This document shows, in pieces, positions 9,122-19,064 of a DNA stretch of 56,295 nucleotides. Location of the stretch: contig JADGBU010000001.1 of NCBI GenBank assembly GCA_015231295.1, positions 34,078 through 90,372 of the forward strand. Direction: 5' to 3'. The first letter of the stretch is position 1. Each line of letters opens with the position of its first letter. The DNA is from Magnetococcales bacterium. Its GTDB lineage: Bacteria > Pseudomonadota > Magnetococcia > Magnetococcales > Magnetaquicoccaceae. Under the pieces are notes generated by a model, which saw only the letters and a program-made list of their open reading frames with translations, did no database searches and was not told the origin of the DNA. A program made the position numbers and the translations under genes.

Positions 9122-9145
9122 AGAAAAGATCGGGGGTCAAGTGGT

Positions 9146-9193
9146 GGGGTCCAGGGGCCAAGGGCCCCTGGTGGGTCCAGGGCGAAGCCCTGG
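9146..9193. repeat. Intergenic double-hairpin repeat type B, copy 2 (inverted); may act as terminator between convergent nifA and nifV
   Basis: ggggt-ccaggggccaagggcccctgg-tgggt-ccagggcgaagccctgg. Confidence 0.85.
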
Positions 9194-9221
9194 AAAACGC
9201 TCTGCCCGATAAAGGATACGC

Positions 9222-10349
9222 TCAGTGACTCGTCATGGATCGATAGAGGCTCAACAAATCCTCGGAACGGGGAATGCGTTTGTAATCTCTGGCAAAGTGA
9301 CGCAATTGCACCTGCAAGCGATCCGCCTCCTGGGAGGTGATCTCGATCCCCATTTTGCCATAAACCCAACGGATGCCGTGTCGTCCCGAATGTTTTCCCA
9401 GAACCAGTCGATGTTCCCGACCCACCTCGTGGGGATCGATACCCTGATAGTTTCGGGTATCTTTCAGCAGGCCATCCACATGGATGCCCGCCTCGTGAGA
9501 GAAAACCCGCTCGCCCACCACGCTTTTCTGCGGAGAGAGCGACATGCCGGAGGCCTGCTCCACCAATCGGGATAAATAGGGAAAACGCTTGAGATCGATT
9601 CCGGTCCGATGACCGAACAGATGCGTCAAAGCGGCGACCACCTCTTCCAGAGGGGCGTTTCCGGCCCGTTCTCCCAGGCCGTTGACCGTGGTGTTGACAT
9701 GTGTCGCACCGGCGCGGATCGCGGCCAGGGTGTTGGCGGTGGCCAGACCCAGATCATCATGGGCATGCATTTCCAGCTCCAGATCCACCGCCTGACGCAA
9801 GCGTTTCATCTGGTCGTACACCCCGAACGGTTCCATGATGCCGAGGGTATCGGCAAAACGGAAGCGTTGCGCACCGGCCCGTTGCGCCGTTTCCGCCACG
9901 GTCAGCAGAAAGTCGGGATCGGCCCGTGAGGCATCCTCGCCCCCGACGCATACCGTCAAACCCAACTCCCGCGCCATGCCGACGCAGCGGGGAATCCGGG
10001 AGAGCAACCACGCCCGTTCCCGCTGCAACTTGTGACGCAACTGCTGATCCGATACCGGAATGGAAAGATCCACCATCGCGACTCCCAGATTCCGACAACT
10101 GCGAATCTCTTCCGGTCGCATCCGACACCAGACCAGCAGATGCGCCTGCAATCCCGATCCGGCGACGGCGCGGATCTCTTCTTGTTCCTCTTCGCCCATG
10201 GCGGGGATGCCGATTTCCAACTCCGGCACCCCCATGGCATCCAGGGTCGAGGCGATCGTCAACCGCTCCTCCAGCGTGAAGGAGACGCCGGCACTCTGTT
10301 CTCCATCTCTCAGCGTCGTATCGTCGATGATCACCCGGTTTGGCGACAT
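9222..10349 (-). CDS. nifV: Homocitrate synthase
   Basis: [55 protein letters not shown]; nif context. Confidence 0.95.
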   Translation of the reverse strand: MSPNRVIIDDTTLRDGEQSAGVSFTLEERLTIASTLDAMGVPELEIGIPAMGEEEQEEIRAVAGSGLQAHLLVWCRMRPEEIRSCRNLGVAMVDLSIPVSDQQLRHKLQRERAWLLSRIPRCVGMARELGLTVCVGGEDASRADPDFLLTVAETAQRAGAQRFRFADTLGIMEPFGVYDQMKRLRQAVDLELEMHAHDDLGLATANTLAAIRAGATHVNTTVNGLGERAGNAPLEEVVAALTHLFGHRTGIDLKRFPYLSRLVEQASGMSLSPQKSVVGERVFSHEAGIHVDGLLKDTRNYQGIDPHEVGREHRLVLGKHSGRHGIRWVYGKMGIEITSQEADRLQVQLRHFARDYKRIPRSEDLLSLYRSMTSH

Positions 10350-10380
10350 GCTCAGGGACTCCCTGGTGGGCTGGAGCGAT

Positions 10381-10704
10381 TCAATGCAACGGCCATGGGC
10401 CGTGGGAGTGGCAGCGTTTGGGACAAACCTTGGAACAGGCCGCGCAGCCGATGCAGTCATCCCCGTTGTCGATGACCATCACCATGTGGGGATCGTCCGA
10501 AAAACCATCCTCTTCCCAATCCTCACCCTCGTCGGCGTTCAGGCCGGATACCGATTCCCGATCCACCAGATCGAAAACCTGACGCGGACACACCTTGAAA
10601 CAGCGTCCACAACCGATACAACGTTTTCCATTCAACGACAGAATGAACGTGGGGGTCCAAAGCTCTCCGCCACGGGTCCGACTGGTGACAAAAGTGTCGC
10701 TCAT
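10381..10704 (-). CDS. fdxB: Nif-specific ferredoxin III (2x[4Fe-4S])
   Basis: WTPTFI, CIGCGRCFKVCP, CIGCAACSKVCP; RBS aggag. Confidence 0.9.
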   Translation of the reverse strand: MSDTFVTSRTRGGELWTPTFILSLNGKRCIGCGRCFKVCPRQVFDLVDRESVSGLNADEGEDWEEDGFSDDPHMVMVIDNGDDCIGCAACSKVCPKRCHSHGPWPLH

Positions 10705-10736
10705 GGGGGCGTCTCCTTGAGTGGGATGGTCTGGCG

Positions 10737-11207
10737 TCACAGTCCGGCCACGGCTCCATGCGCGCCGATCCGCTGCAACGCCACGGCCAGCAGTTGATCC
10801 GCCTCATGCTTCATGCGGGAAAGATCGGTGAATCCGAAGCGATGCACATCCCGCAGCACCCGATCCAGTGCCACCAGTTTACCCACCACGATCAGCAGCG
10901 TGCCGAATCCTTCGTGATTCATCTCCAGCAGCGGTCGGGCCATGAGTCCGCACTCTTTTTCGATCAGCACGGCGATGGCGTTGTAGAAACAGCGCAACCG
11001 GGCCAAAACCGCCGGAGAGGGATCGGCGATGAGGGGCATGCTCTTGCGTTTTTCCGGCGAAATGATGAACGGTGACAGCATCTTCTCCATGGAGGTGCCT
11101 TCCGGCACCCCGCCATGGGAGAGCAGTTGTCGTCGCATCTCCTGGAAAAAATCGGTGGTCAACAACGCTTCGTCATCCGACAACGGGATCGTGTCACGGT
11201 TTTGCAT
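10737..11207 (-). CDS. NifX-associated nitrogen fixation protein (DUF269-like)
   Basis: MPLIADP, FYNAIAVLIEKECG, HEGFG, LRDVHRFGF; directly downstream of nifX. Confidence 0.88.
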   Translation of the reverse strand: MQNRDTIPLSDDEALLTTDFFQEMRRQLLSHGGVPEGTSMEKMLSPFIISPEKRKSMPLIADPSPAVLARLRCFYNAIAVLIEKECGLMARPLLEMNHEGFGTLLIVVGKLVALDRVLRDVHRFGFTDLSRMKHEADQLLAVALQRIGAHGAVAGL

Positions 11208-11232
11208 TCCGGGCTCCTTGAGAAAAAAAAGA

Positions 11233-11733
11233 TCATTCATCCCAACCATTGGCCAACATGGCCAAAAAATTCTCCTCCGCCTGTCGGGAGGATCTGGCTT
11301 TGCCGCAAGGGGCCGGGCCTCCCGCCGACGCGGCGGCGCGGGAGGCGGATTGCTCTTGCAGTTTGATCAGCAGTGCGGCGATCGGAGTGCCCGGATCCAC
11401 CACCATGGCGGTGATGCCGACGGCGGCCAGTTGTTGTTTCGCCGCCTCTCCGACGGCGATGCAAAACAGCAGGCGACATCCCTCAAGCAGGCGAACCCGT
11501 GCGCCGACCCGGCCCTCATGGCTGTTGGCCTCGCCGGAGACCGCACGCAGCACCTCGATCAATCGGGAGCCGCCCGGACTGATCGCGTAGAGATCGAAGC
11601 CGGTGGCCATGCCGAAATGCTGATCGACATGCTTCCGGTCGTTGCTGGCGAAAGCCGCAGTCCAGGAGGGGTCATCCATGTCCGGAGTGCCCGGACCATG
11701 ATGAACCCGCAATCGACGCCATCCGTTGTTCAT
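11233..11733 (-). CDS. nifX: FeMo-co precursor carrier NifX
   Basis: AFASNDRKHVDQHFG, LEGCRLLFCIAVG; follows nifN; alternative start at 11679. Confidence 0.88.
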   Translation of the reverse strand: MNNGWRRLRVHHGPGTPDMDDPSWTAAFASNDRKHVDQHFGMATGFDLYAISPGGSRLIEVLRAVSGEANSHEGRVGARVRLLEGCRLLFCIAVGEAAKQQLAAVGITAMVVDPGTPIAALLIKLQEQSASRAAASAGGPAPCGKARSSRQAEENFLAMLANGWDE

Positions 11734-13102
11734 CGTTCACGGCTCCAAAGGGCGCGAGGAGTGGCCTCAGCCCGCTGAAGTAGGGTGAAACGCCATGAGG
11801 ACGAAACGGAAGCAGAACATTGCAGAGTTCGAACAAGGCATCCCGTCCTCCCCGATAGCCGATCCGGGTCTGACGAAAGCCCCCCAGACGGTCGAAAATG
11901 GGAAATCCCGCCCGCAACAAGGGCAGATGCAAGCGTTCGGCGGTTTCCGCCAACTGGGAGTTGCCCACCAGCAACTCGGCCCGTTCCCGAATCGCCAGGG
12001 TTTCCAGATCGTCCAGATCCCCCACGGTCACGGAGAGCCCCTCCAGGGGTGCCAGGGGCCGGGGAACCACCGCCACACAGGTATAAGCCCCCATTTCGCG
12101 GAACAATTGGTGAAATCCCGTCACCAGATCGCCTTCCCCGGCGATGGCGATCCGTTTTTCTCCCAGGTAGAAATGGCTGTCCAACATGGCGTCGAGCATC
12201 TGCCGACGCCAACGCTCCACGCGGGCCGGAGCCTGAACGGTCCGCGTCAGACGGCAGAGTTCCGTCACCAGTCGATCGGTGACATCCAGCCCCATCAGAT
12301 GGTCGAAGTGCCAGATCGGCATCTGGCGGCAGCGCGTCTGGATCCGGACCGCCGTCGCCAGCAGGGAGCGTCCGATCACCAGGGTGGCCTGCGCCTCGTG
12401 AAACGAATCGAAAAAGGTCAGCGGAGTCCCGCCGGTGGTGACGGGCAGAAAATCCCGTTCATCCAGATGGCCATCCAGGGCGTCGGACAGGTCGGGCAGA
12501 AAGGCCGCTTCCAGACCGAACGCGGCCAACAGATCCCGCAGTTCGTCGAGATCACCGGGGGTGAGGCTGGCGTTGGCCAGAACGTTGATCCGTTTTTGGG
12601 TGTTGCGTTCCGACCAGGGGCGGGTCGGCAGCAGATGTTCCACCAGGGCTTCGAGGGCCAGTGCGTAACCGCTCTCCTGACTGCCGGTAAAATCCGGAGC
12701 GTCCACCGGAATGATCGGCAGATGGTCCCATTGGGGGTGTGACTGGCGAAAATGGCGGATCACCCGGTTCAGATCGCATCCTTGGGTGGCGGACAGACCG
12801 GTGGCGATCACCCCGATGATGCCGGCTCCGCTTTGGGAGGCGATGGTGCCCAGGGCTTCCATCAGATTGTCATCGGCCCCCATGATGGTGCTGGTCTGAT
12901 CCATGGCGGTGGTCTGGATGGGAATCGGTTCCCGGAAGTGTCGCACGAAAAAAACCTTGGTGAATGCGCTGCACCCCTGAGAGCCGTGCAGCAGCGGCAT
13001 GGCTCCCGCCAGCCCCTGAAAGGCCAGAACCGCGCCGACACTCTGACTGGTCTTGAGGGGACGGACGGTCAGGGCTTTGCGTTTGGATGGCGTGCTGATC
13101 AT
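11672..13102 (-). CDS. nifN: FeMo-co scaffold subunit NifN
   Basis: [50 protein letters not shown]; ATGA coupling to nifE; C-terminal half of ORF 11672..14533. Confidence 0.95.
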   Translation of the reverse strand: MISTPSKRKALTVRPLKTSQSVGAVLAFQGLAGAMPLLHGSQGCSAFTKVFFVRHFREPIPIQTTAMDQTSTIMGADDNLMEALGTIASQSGAGIIGVIATGLSATQGCDLNRVIRHFRQSHPQWDHLPIIPVDAPDFTGSQESGYALALEALVEHLLPTRPWSERNTQKRINVLANASLTPGDLDELRDLLAAFGLEAAFLPDLSDALDGHLDERDFLPVTTGGTPLTFFDSFHEAQATLVIGRSLLATAVRIQTRCRQMPIWHFDHLMGLDVTDRLVTELCRLTRTVQAPARVERWRRQMLDAMLDSHFYLGEKRIAIAGEGDLVTGFHQLFREMGAYTCVAVVPRPLAPLEGLSVTVGDLDDLETLAIRERAELLVGNSQLAETAERLHLPLLRAGFPIFDRLGGFRQTRIGYRGGRDALFELCNVLLPFRPHGVSPYFSGLRPLLAPFGAVNDEQRMASIAGSSWSGHSGHG

Positions 13103-14493
13103 CCGTCTCTCCTGGGGGGGCAAGGGGTCTGGAGCCAGGGGGCTGGCTTCCGAACCCGGTTCCAGATGGGACTGTGAATGGTGATCGACAGTTGACGGGC
13201 CAACTCCAACAGGCCCGTGTAACCGGCATAGGCCTGTTCCCGCTCCTGGTTGATGTCGAGAAAGGGCAGACAGGCTTTCAGGGCGGTGAACATGTTGCGG
13301 CCTCCGGCAATGAAGACATCGGCGCGCTGTCGATGGAACAGATCCAGCATCAGCCTGGGTTTGCCCTCCTCGATGAAGAGCGTTTCCTCGCCCATCAATT
13401 CCTGGATCCGCTCCCGATCCTGCTGCGTGGATTTTTTCACGCCGGTGGCCACCACCGTCATGCCCAGATCCTGCAACGCCGACACCACGGACCAGGATTT
13501 GACCCCGCCGGTGTACAACAGAGCCCGTTTGCCCTGCAGACGGGCCCGCCAGGGGCGTAACGACTCCTGCAACCGCTGCTCTTCGCGCAAGATCAGGGTT
13601 TCGGTGCGCCGTTGCAGATCCGGATCGCCGATCAAACGGGCGATCTGGCGCAACGCCTCCGAGGTGTCCCGCATGCCGTAGAAACTCCCCTCGAACCAGG
13701 GAATGCCATATTGCGTTTCCAGTCGGCGGGCCACGTTGATCAACGCCTTGGAGCAGACCAGCATGGTTACGTCGGCCCGATGCATCCCCTGAAGCTCGTG
13801 AAAGCGGGTGTCTCCGGCCAGGGTGCAGAGTACCCGGATGCCCAATTCGTCCAGCAACGGAGCCACCTGCCAGAACTCTCCGGCAATGTTGAACTCGCCC
13901 ACCAGATTGATGCTGTGAATCCGGTGCCCGGCGTGGAACGGGAGCGGATCCGGTTCGCGGGTTCCCACCACATGATTCATGAGAGTCTCGCCGGCGATCC
14001 GGTTGCCGAGATTCTTGGTGCCGTAGAATCCGGCGGCATCCACCGGAATCACCGGCAACGCGAAGGATTCGCTGGCGACACGGCAGATGCTCTCCACATC
14101 GTCGCCGATCAGGGCCGGAATGCAGGTCTGATAGACGAATACCGCCGCCGGTTTCCAGCGTTCCACGGCGGTCTTGATGGCGAAAAGCAATTTCTTTTCG
14201 CCCTTGCCCATGATGATCTCCTGTTCGGAAAGATCGGTGGTCAGGCCCAGTCGGTGCAGTTCCGGTCCGCTGGAGAGCGATCCCCGTCCATTCCAGGAGC
14301 TTCCGGCGCAGGCGATGGGACCGTGAACGATATGAGCCGCGTCGCTGATGGGAAACAGGGTGATCTGCGCCCCATCGAAACTGCATCCTCCGGCGGTGGC
14401 ACCGGGCTTCAGTTTGCCGCATGCCACCTTGTCCGGCGTGTTGTGCTGGCAGGCGGGTTCGTCGAGCAGTCGGGTGATTTCGGAGTGTTTCAT
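13099..14493 (-). CDS. nifE: FeMo-co scaffold subunit NifE
   Basis: [48 protein letters not shown]; RBS gagga. Confidence 0.97.
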   Translation of the reverse strand: MKHSEITRLLDEPACQHNTPDKVACGKLKPGATAGGCSFDGAQITLFPISDAAHIVHGPIACAGSSWNGRGSLSSGPELHRLGLTTDLSEQEIIMGKGEKKLLFAIKTAVERWKPAAVFVYQTCIPALIGDDVESICRVASESFALPVIPVDAAGFYGTKNLGNRIAGETLMNHVVGTREPDPLPFHAGHRIHSINLVGEFNIAGEFWQVAPLLDELGIRVLCTLAGDTRFHELQGMHRADVTMLVCSKALINVARRLETQYGIPWFEGSFYGMRDTSEALRQIARLIGDPDLQRRTETLILREEQRLQESLRPWRARLQGKRALLYTGGVKSWSVVSALQDLGMTVVATGVKKSTQQDRERIQELMGEETLFIEEGKPRLMLDLFHRQRADVFIAGGRNMFTALKACLPFLDINQEREQAYAGYTGLLELARQLSITIHSPIWNRVRKPAPWLQTPCPPRRDG

Positions 14494-14528
14494 GCGTCCT
14501 CTCCTCGATGGGGTTCGCAAAGAGAATG

Positions 14529-14544
14529 AGCAATGGCTATGCCA
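14529..14544 (-). promoter_or_regulatory. sigma54 promoter of the nifENX-orf-fdxB-nifV operon
   Basis: Minus strand TGGCATAGCCATTGCT (GG-N10-GC). Confidence 0.85.
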
Positions 14545-14548
14545 TAAA

Positions 14549-14561
14549 CAATCTATTGATA
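14549..14561 (-). promoter_or_regulatory. IHF binding site
   Basis: Minus strand TATCAATAGATTG matches WATCAAN4TTR, between the UAS-like sites and the -24 box. Confidence 0.6.
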
Positions 14562-14587
14562 TAAAAGCAAAAATGCTCGACATGATT

Positions 14588-14632
14588 TGTCCGGAATCCG
14601 ACCCGTTCTCCCCTTTGGTCGCATTCCGGACA
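14588..14632. promoter_or_regulatory. Pair of NifA UAS-like sites shared by the divergent nifE and nifB promoters
   Basis: TGT-CCGGAATCCG-ACC and GGT-CGCATTCCGG-ACA; each is one base off TGT-N10-ACA and they are inverted copies of each other. Confidence 0.6.
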
Positions 14633-14703
14633 ATGGTTTGTCTCTTGTCGCGACAAAAGCGGATGATCGATCTATAAAAGCATTAGAAAACAATAAATTA
14701 TGC

Positions 14704-14720
14704 TAGGCACACCTTTTGCT
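14704..14720 (+). promoter_or_regulatory. sigma54 promoter of nifB-fdxN-nifQ-draG
   Basis: TAGGCACACCTTTTGCT (GG-N10-GC). Confidence 0.8.
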
Positions 14721-14767
14721 GACTCTGGTTTGGCAACAACACACAGCTTCCATGGGAGGATCGCGGC

Positions 14768-16117
14768 ATGAGAGATGTCCAGGAGTCCGGGTGTGGGTCG
14801 AACCCGTCGGTTCACGCGTTGGTGGCCGATCATCCCTGTTATTCGGAAGGGGCCTCCCACCGCTACGCCCGCATGCATCTGGCGGTGGCCCCGGCTTGCA
14901 ACATGCAGTGTCGGTATTGCAACCGGAAATTCGACTGCTCCAACGAATCCAGACCCGGTGTGGTTTCCGGCGTCTTGCTCCCGGATCAGGCGGTGGAACG
15001 GACCCGGGAGGCGATGCGCCGTCTGGAGAATCTGCGGGTGATCGGCTTTGCCGGTCCCGGTGATCCGCTGGCCAATCCGGAACGGGTGTTCGCCACCTGC
15101 AGACCATTGCGACAACAATTCCCCGAGCTGCATCTGTGCCTTTCCACCAACGGATTGCATCTCCCGGAGGCGGTGGAGGCGATCGTCGCCCATGGGATCC
15201 ATCATGTCACCATCACCCTGAATACCCTCGATCCCGTGGTGGGAGAGGCGATCTACTCGTGGATCTTCTGGCAAAAAAAACGACGCCGAGGGGTGGAAGC
15301 GGCCCGGATTCTCCTCGATCAGCAGTTGATCGGGCTGTCGGCCCTGCTGGCCCGAGGGGTGCTGGTGAAGATCAACACCGTGCTGATTCCGGGCATCAAC
15401 GACTCCCAGGTGCCGGAGATCAACCGGTTGGTCAGCGAGGCCGGGGTGTTCAGTCACAACGTCATGCCGCTGATCAGCGCGCCGGAACATGGCACCTATT
15501 ATGGCGTGATGGGAATTTCCGGTCCCACCGAGGCGCAGTTGCAACAGGTGCGCGACCGCTGTTCGGGTGCGGCGCGCCTGATGACCCATTGTCGCCAATG
15601 TCGGGCCGATGCCGCCGGCATGCTCGGAGAGGATCGTCAGGCCGAACTGAAAATAAACGCCAGTGGAGGGCGGGTGATCGCCATCCAGCCTGCCCGACGA
15701 GAACCCGCGCCCGAACCGGTCCTGCTGGCGGTGGCCAGTTCCACCGGAGAGCTGGTGGATATCCATTTCGGTCACGCGGGATCGTTCCGGATCTATCGGG
15801 TGATCGGCGAAACCATCGAGGCGTTGGGAGAACGAGAGGTCGTCGATCCCTATTGTCACGGGGATGACCGCTGCGTGGAGGAGTCCCACAGTGCCGCGAG
15901 CCTGAATCGGCTCTTGAACCGGTTGCACGATTGTCACGGCGTGATCTGTTCCCGGATCGGCTACACCCCGTGGCAGGCTCTGTTGGCCCGAGGCATCGAA
16001 CCGGTGAACAGTCACGCCCATTGGCCGGTGCGGGAGGCGTTGCGTCAGACCGCCCGAAAGCTGCGCCAACAGCGCGCGCAAAATATCCCCATGGCGGCGG
16101 TCGCCGGCATGAAATGA
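14768..16117 (+). CDS. nifB: Radical SAM FeMo-co biosynthesis protein NifB with C-terminal NifX-like domain
   Basis: HPCY, CNMQCRYC, NESRPG, AGPGDPLAN, HCRQCRADA, VDIHFGHA. Confidence 0.97.
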   Translation: MRDVQESGCGSNPSVHALVADHPCYSEGASHRYARMHLAVAPACNMQCRYCNRKFDCSNESRPGVVSGVLLPDQAVERTREAMRRLENLRVIGFAGPGDPLANPERVFATCRPLRQQFPELHLCLSTNGLHLPEAVEAIVAHGIHHVTITLNTLDPVVGEAIYSWIFWQKKRRRGVEAARILLDQQLIGLSALLARGVLVKINTVLIPGINDSQVPEINRLVSEAGVFSHNVMPLISAPEHGTYYGVMGISGPTEAQLQQVRDRCSGAARLMTHCRQCRADAAGMLGEDRQAELKINASGGRVIAIQPARREPAPEPVLLAVASSTGELVDIHFGHAGSFRIYRVIGETIEALGEREVVDPYCHGDDRCVEESHSAASLNRLLNRLHDCHGVICSRIGYTPWQALLARGIEPVNSHAHWPVREALRQTARKLRQQRAQNIPMAAVAGMK

Positions 16118-16150
16118 GGTCGTTTTCATCCATCGGAAGGAGAATTGATT

Positions 16151-16393
16151 ATGCTCGCTTTGGTCATCACCGTCGAATGCATCGCCTGCTGGGCCTGTGA
16201 GCCGATCTGTCCCAATGGGGCGATCCGGGTCAAGAATGAAATTTTCCGCATCGACAAGAACAGTTGCACCCGCTGCGAAGGACATGCCGAACTGCCCCAA
16301 TGTGTGGAAATCTGTCCGGTGGAAGGGGCCATCATCGATGCCGAGGGGCGCGCGATGAATCCTCCCGGCACCTTGACCGGTCTGCCGGCCTGA
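16151..16393 (+). CDS. fdxN: NifB-associated ferredoxin
   Basis: CIACWACEPICP and CTRCEGHAELPQCVEICPVEGAI. Confidence 0.88.
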   Translation: MLALVITVECIACWACEPICPNGAIRVKNEIFRIDKNSCTRCEGHAELPQCVEICPVEGAIIDAEGRAMNPPGTLTGLPA

Positions 16394-16433
16394 ACAATCG
16401 TCGATCCCTTGGGGACATGATCGGGAGAGTGCC

Positions 16434-17036
16434 ATGGAAAACCGTGTCGAATGGCGAATTTCCGGGGGGAGTGCTTCTTGTACCGGCGCACGAGGCTGGT
16501 ATGCGATGTTGTCGGAAGGGGCGCGTCATCCCCCTCTGGGGGAGTGGCTGGCGCGGATCATCGGCTCCTGGTTGCAGGGCGAGACGGTATTGCCCGCCGC
16601 CCTGGGCCTGGGGGACGAGGCGTTTCGAGCCCTGATGCGGTTTCATTTTCCGGGGGTCGTGTTGCCACGAAACATGCTGAAATCCCGACCGCCTGCCGAT
16701 CCGGGTCGGCAGGCGGAACGGGAAATCCTGTTCGATCTGTTGCGAGAACATGGCTCGCTCGCCGCCCCGGAGGCCGATTGGTTGGCCGGAATCGTGGCCG
16801 AAGGGTGTCTGGGAGAGGATCATTTGTGGCAGGATTTGGGATTGTGGTCCCGGAAGGATCTGTCCGATTTGCTGTTTTACGGTTTCGCGCCGCTGGCCCG
16901 GCGCAACACCGGAGATATGAAATGGAAAAAATTCTTCTATAAACAGTTGTGTGATGCCGCCTCGCTGCGGTTGTGTCAGGCTCCCTCCTGCGGGGTCTGC
17001 CGGGATTATGAACGCTGTTTCGGGCCGGAGGAATGA
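16434..17036 (+). CDS. nifQ: Molybdenum-donor protein NifQ
   Basis: CLGEDHLWQDLGL, NTGDMKWKKFFYKQLC, C-terminal CQAPSCGVCRDYERCFGPE. Confidence 0.93.
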   Translation: MENRVEWRISGGSASCTGARGWYAMLSEGARHPPLGEWLARIIGSWLQGETVLPAALGLGDEAFRALMRFHFPGVVLPRNMLKSRPPADPGRQAEREILFDLLREHGSLAAPEADWLAGIVAEGCLGEDHLWQDLGLWSRKDLSDLLFYGFAPLARRNTGDMKWKKFFYKQLCDAASLRLCQAPSCGVCRDYERCFGPEE

Positions 17037-17947
17037 TTGCCCCCCATTGGAAACCCCTCCAGAAGCGAGCGGTCGGAGCCTATCTGGGCGTGGCCGTCGG
17101 CGATGCGTTGGGGGCTACGGTGGAGTTCATGACGCCACGGGAGATTCAGACCGCTCATGGTCGGCATCGGGAGTTGATCGGAGGGGGATGGTTGCGGCTC
17201 AAGCCGGGCCATGTCACCGACGATACCACCATGAGCCTGGCGTTGGGCGGCGCGATCCTGGAAGCGGGGCGGATCGATCCGGTGGTGGCGGCCCACGCCT
17301 TCGACGGCTGGATGCGCAGCAAACCGGTGGATCTCGGCAATACGGTGCGACGGGGCATTTTGCATTTTCGTCGCACCGGAGAGCCGGTGGCCCCCCCGGA
17401 TGAGCAGGATGCGGGCAACGGTTCCTGTATGCGGGTGATTCCGGTGATTCTGGGATGTCACGGGGGGGAGGACACGCTTTTGGAGCGCGCCTGTCTGCAT
17501 CAGGGTCGGGTGACGCATCACAATCCGCTGGCGGAAGCGGGCACCTGGTGCATGGCCCGTCTGGTGCGGATGGCCATGGCGGGCGAAGACAAGAGTCGTA
17601 TGCTGGCCGGACCGGTCGAGGCGTTGGTGCGTGCCTGGCCGATGTTCCGGTTTCGGGTGCGACCGGAGATCACTCACCCTTCCGGTTTCATCGTCGAGAC
17701 GTTGCGGGCGGTGTTCCAGAGCTTTTTCGATACCGACACCTTCGAGGAGTGTCTGATCACCGTGGTCAATCTGGGCGGGGATGCGGATACCACCGGGGCG
17801 ATTGCGGGCATGCTGGCCGGTGCCTATTACGGGGTGGAGGCGATTCCCAGACGTTGGTTGCGGGCGTTGCATCCGCCGGTGGCGGCGGCCTGTGTGGATC
17901 AGGCGTTGGCCTTGATCGAGGCCGCTCCTCTGCCGGTCACGGGATGA
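17033..17947 (+). CDS. draG: Dinitrogenase reductase activating glycohydrolase (ADP-ribosylhydrolase)
   Basis: GDALGATVEFM, GGGWLRL, VTDDT, PVDLGNT, AGNG, VNLGGDADTTGA; ATGA-coupled to nifQ. Confidence 0.94.
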   Translation: MIAPHWKPLQKRAVGAYLGVAVGDALGATVEFMTPREIQTAHGRHRELIGGGWLRLKPGHVTDDTTMSLALGGAILEAGRIDPVVAAHAFDGWMRSKPVDLGNTVRRGILHFRRTGEPVAPPDEQDAGNGSCMRVIPVILGCHGGEDTLLERACLHQGRVTHHNPLAEAGTWCMARLVRMAMAGEDKSRMLAGPVEALVRAWPMFRFRVRPEITHPSGFIVETLRAVFQSFFDTDTFEECLITVVNLGGDADTTGAIAGMLAGAYYGVEAIPRRWLRALHPPVAAACVDQALALIEAAPLPVTG

Positions 17948-17961
17948 CGACCGGTGGAAAC

Positions 17962-18068
17962 GTGGCACGCATGGTGGCTGAATGCAGCACCGCCCACCCA
18001 GAATGATATATCGCCCACCGCATCCCTGTTATGAAGATGCGGTGGGCGATGAACTGGAGAAGATCGAG
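17962..18068 (+). pseudogene. Decayed copy of the small gene at 42638..42892
   Basis: Reads VARMVAECSTA...(stop/frameshift)...SL...DELEKIE versus VARMVAECGTA...ASLF...DELEKIE; the DNA aligns by eye. Confidence 0.8.
18010..18050. terminator. Perfect 15-bp inverted repeat downstream of draG (terminator-like, no U-tract)
   Basis: atcgcccaccgcatc-N11-gatgcggtgggcgat. Confidence 0.55.
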
Positions 18069-18340
18069 GCCGGTCATGGGGTCGCTCAGGACGAGGAGCG
18101 GGTCACAGCCTGACTGAAAGGGGGAGGCGCGTCTGTGCCACCCCGGGACCATTTTTGCGCACCGGGCAAAAAGGAATCTCATCCGTTCCGCCCGGTGCGA
18201 TTGGGCGTTGGTGGGGCGGTGCTGACTCCGTTCTGATAGAGCCGAGGCTTTATCCAGAAGGGTGGAGTCAATTCTTCCAGCAGACCAATTTCATATGCTA
18301 TAAATTTACAGCATACTGTCCCCGGATTTGCGCGCTATCT

Positions 18341-18574
18341 TCAGTGTCCACACCCCTGCCTATTGCATTCACATTGATTCTTAGCTCTTTTTTTTGCAGC
18401 GTCTTTTGTTTCCTGCGTAAAAGAGGGAGGAGATTTCCCAGGTTCTCCATAGGTTGCAGTGTTACTATGGCATCCATGGCAAAGCACTTCGGCGTTACTA
18501 AGATCATTCCCTCCATCTCTTCTTTTGTGATGAACTTCTAGATTGGTTTTATTTGGACATCTTGACATTGCCAT
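18341..18574 (-). CDS. Small HNH endonuclease-like Zn-binding protein, apparently circularly permuted
   Basis: RBS aggagg; LEVHHKRRDGGNDLSNAEVLCHGCH, then FTQETKDAAKKRAKNQCECNRQGCGH. Confidence 0.8.
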   Translation of the reverse strand: MAMSRCPNKTNLEVHHKRRDGGNDLSNAEVLCHGCHSNTATYGEPGKSPPSFTQETKDAAKKRAKNQCECNRQGCGH

Positions 18575-18713
18575 ACCTCCTGTTGGTCGCAAAATTTATA
18601 TCGGAAAAGCTCAAGGTGTTAGCATCTAAATTCCAAATTTTACAGAGCGCCTTTGAAATTAAAACATAAGAACGTTGAACTCATGAGTTTGTTATTTCAA
18701 ATTCGCACAAAAC

Positions 18714-19064
18714 TTACTGTTTAAGTTTTCCGAGCATGGCTGACAACTCATCATCGCTACCCTCGCCAGGAAAACGCATAGCATTTAGAATGCTTGCAAT
18801 GCGACTCCCACTTCGATAGATGCGCGTATATCCATCTTCCTCCGTTTCATTGAGAGGCGGAAAAACAAGCAAACCTTCATTTATAAAAGCAACTTCAAGT
18901 TCACTCCAAACGTCATCACCACCTTTATGCGTCCCAGATCCAACAATATTTTTCAAATCACTAGTGAATTGATTTCTCTGATATGTCTTAAATGCAAGCT
19001 TATCAGTATCAAGCATCTTTTTGATGTTTCGAGCGACCCTACGATAATCATCTTTCTTCGCCAT
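18714..19064 (-). CDS. Hypothetical protein (AT-rich islet)
   Basis: 116-aa ORF with RBS ggagg and protein-like composition; no recognised motif. Confidence 0.7.
   Translation of the reverse strand: MAKKDDYRRVARNIKKMLDTDKLAFKTYQRNQFTSDLKNIVGSGTHKGGDDVWSELEVAFINEGLLVFPPLNETEEDGYTRIYRSGSRIASILNAMRFPGEGSDDELSAMLGKLKQ

Noticed and set aside
11672-14533. 953-aa ORF suggesting a NifE-NifN fusion or an overprinted gene
   Set aside because: The first 477 codons are an alternative frame over nifE with Arg/Gly/Pro-rich noise; nifE has its own stop and nifN its own ATGA-coupled start.
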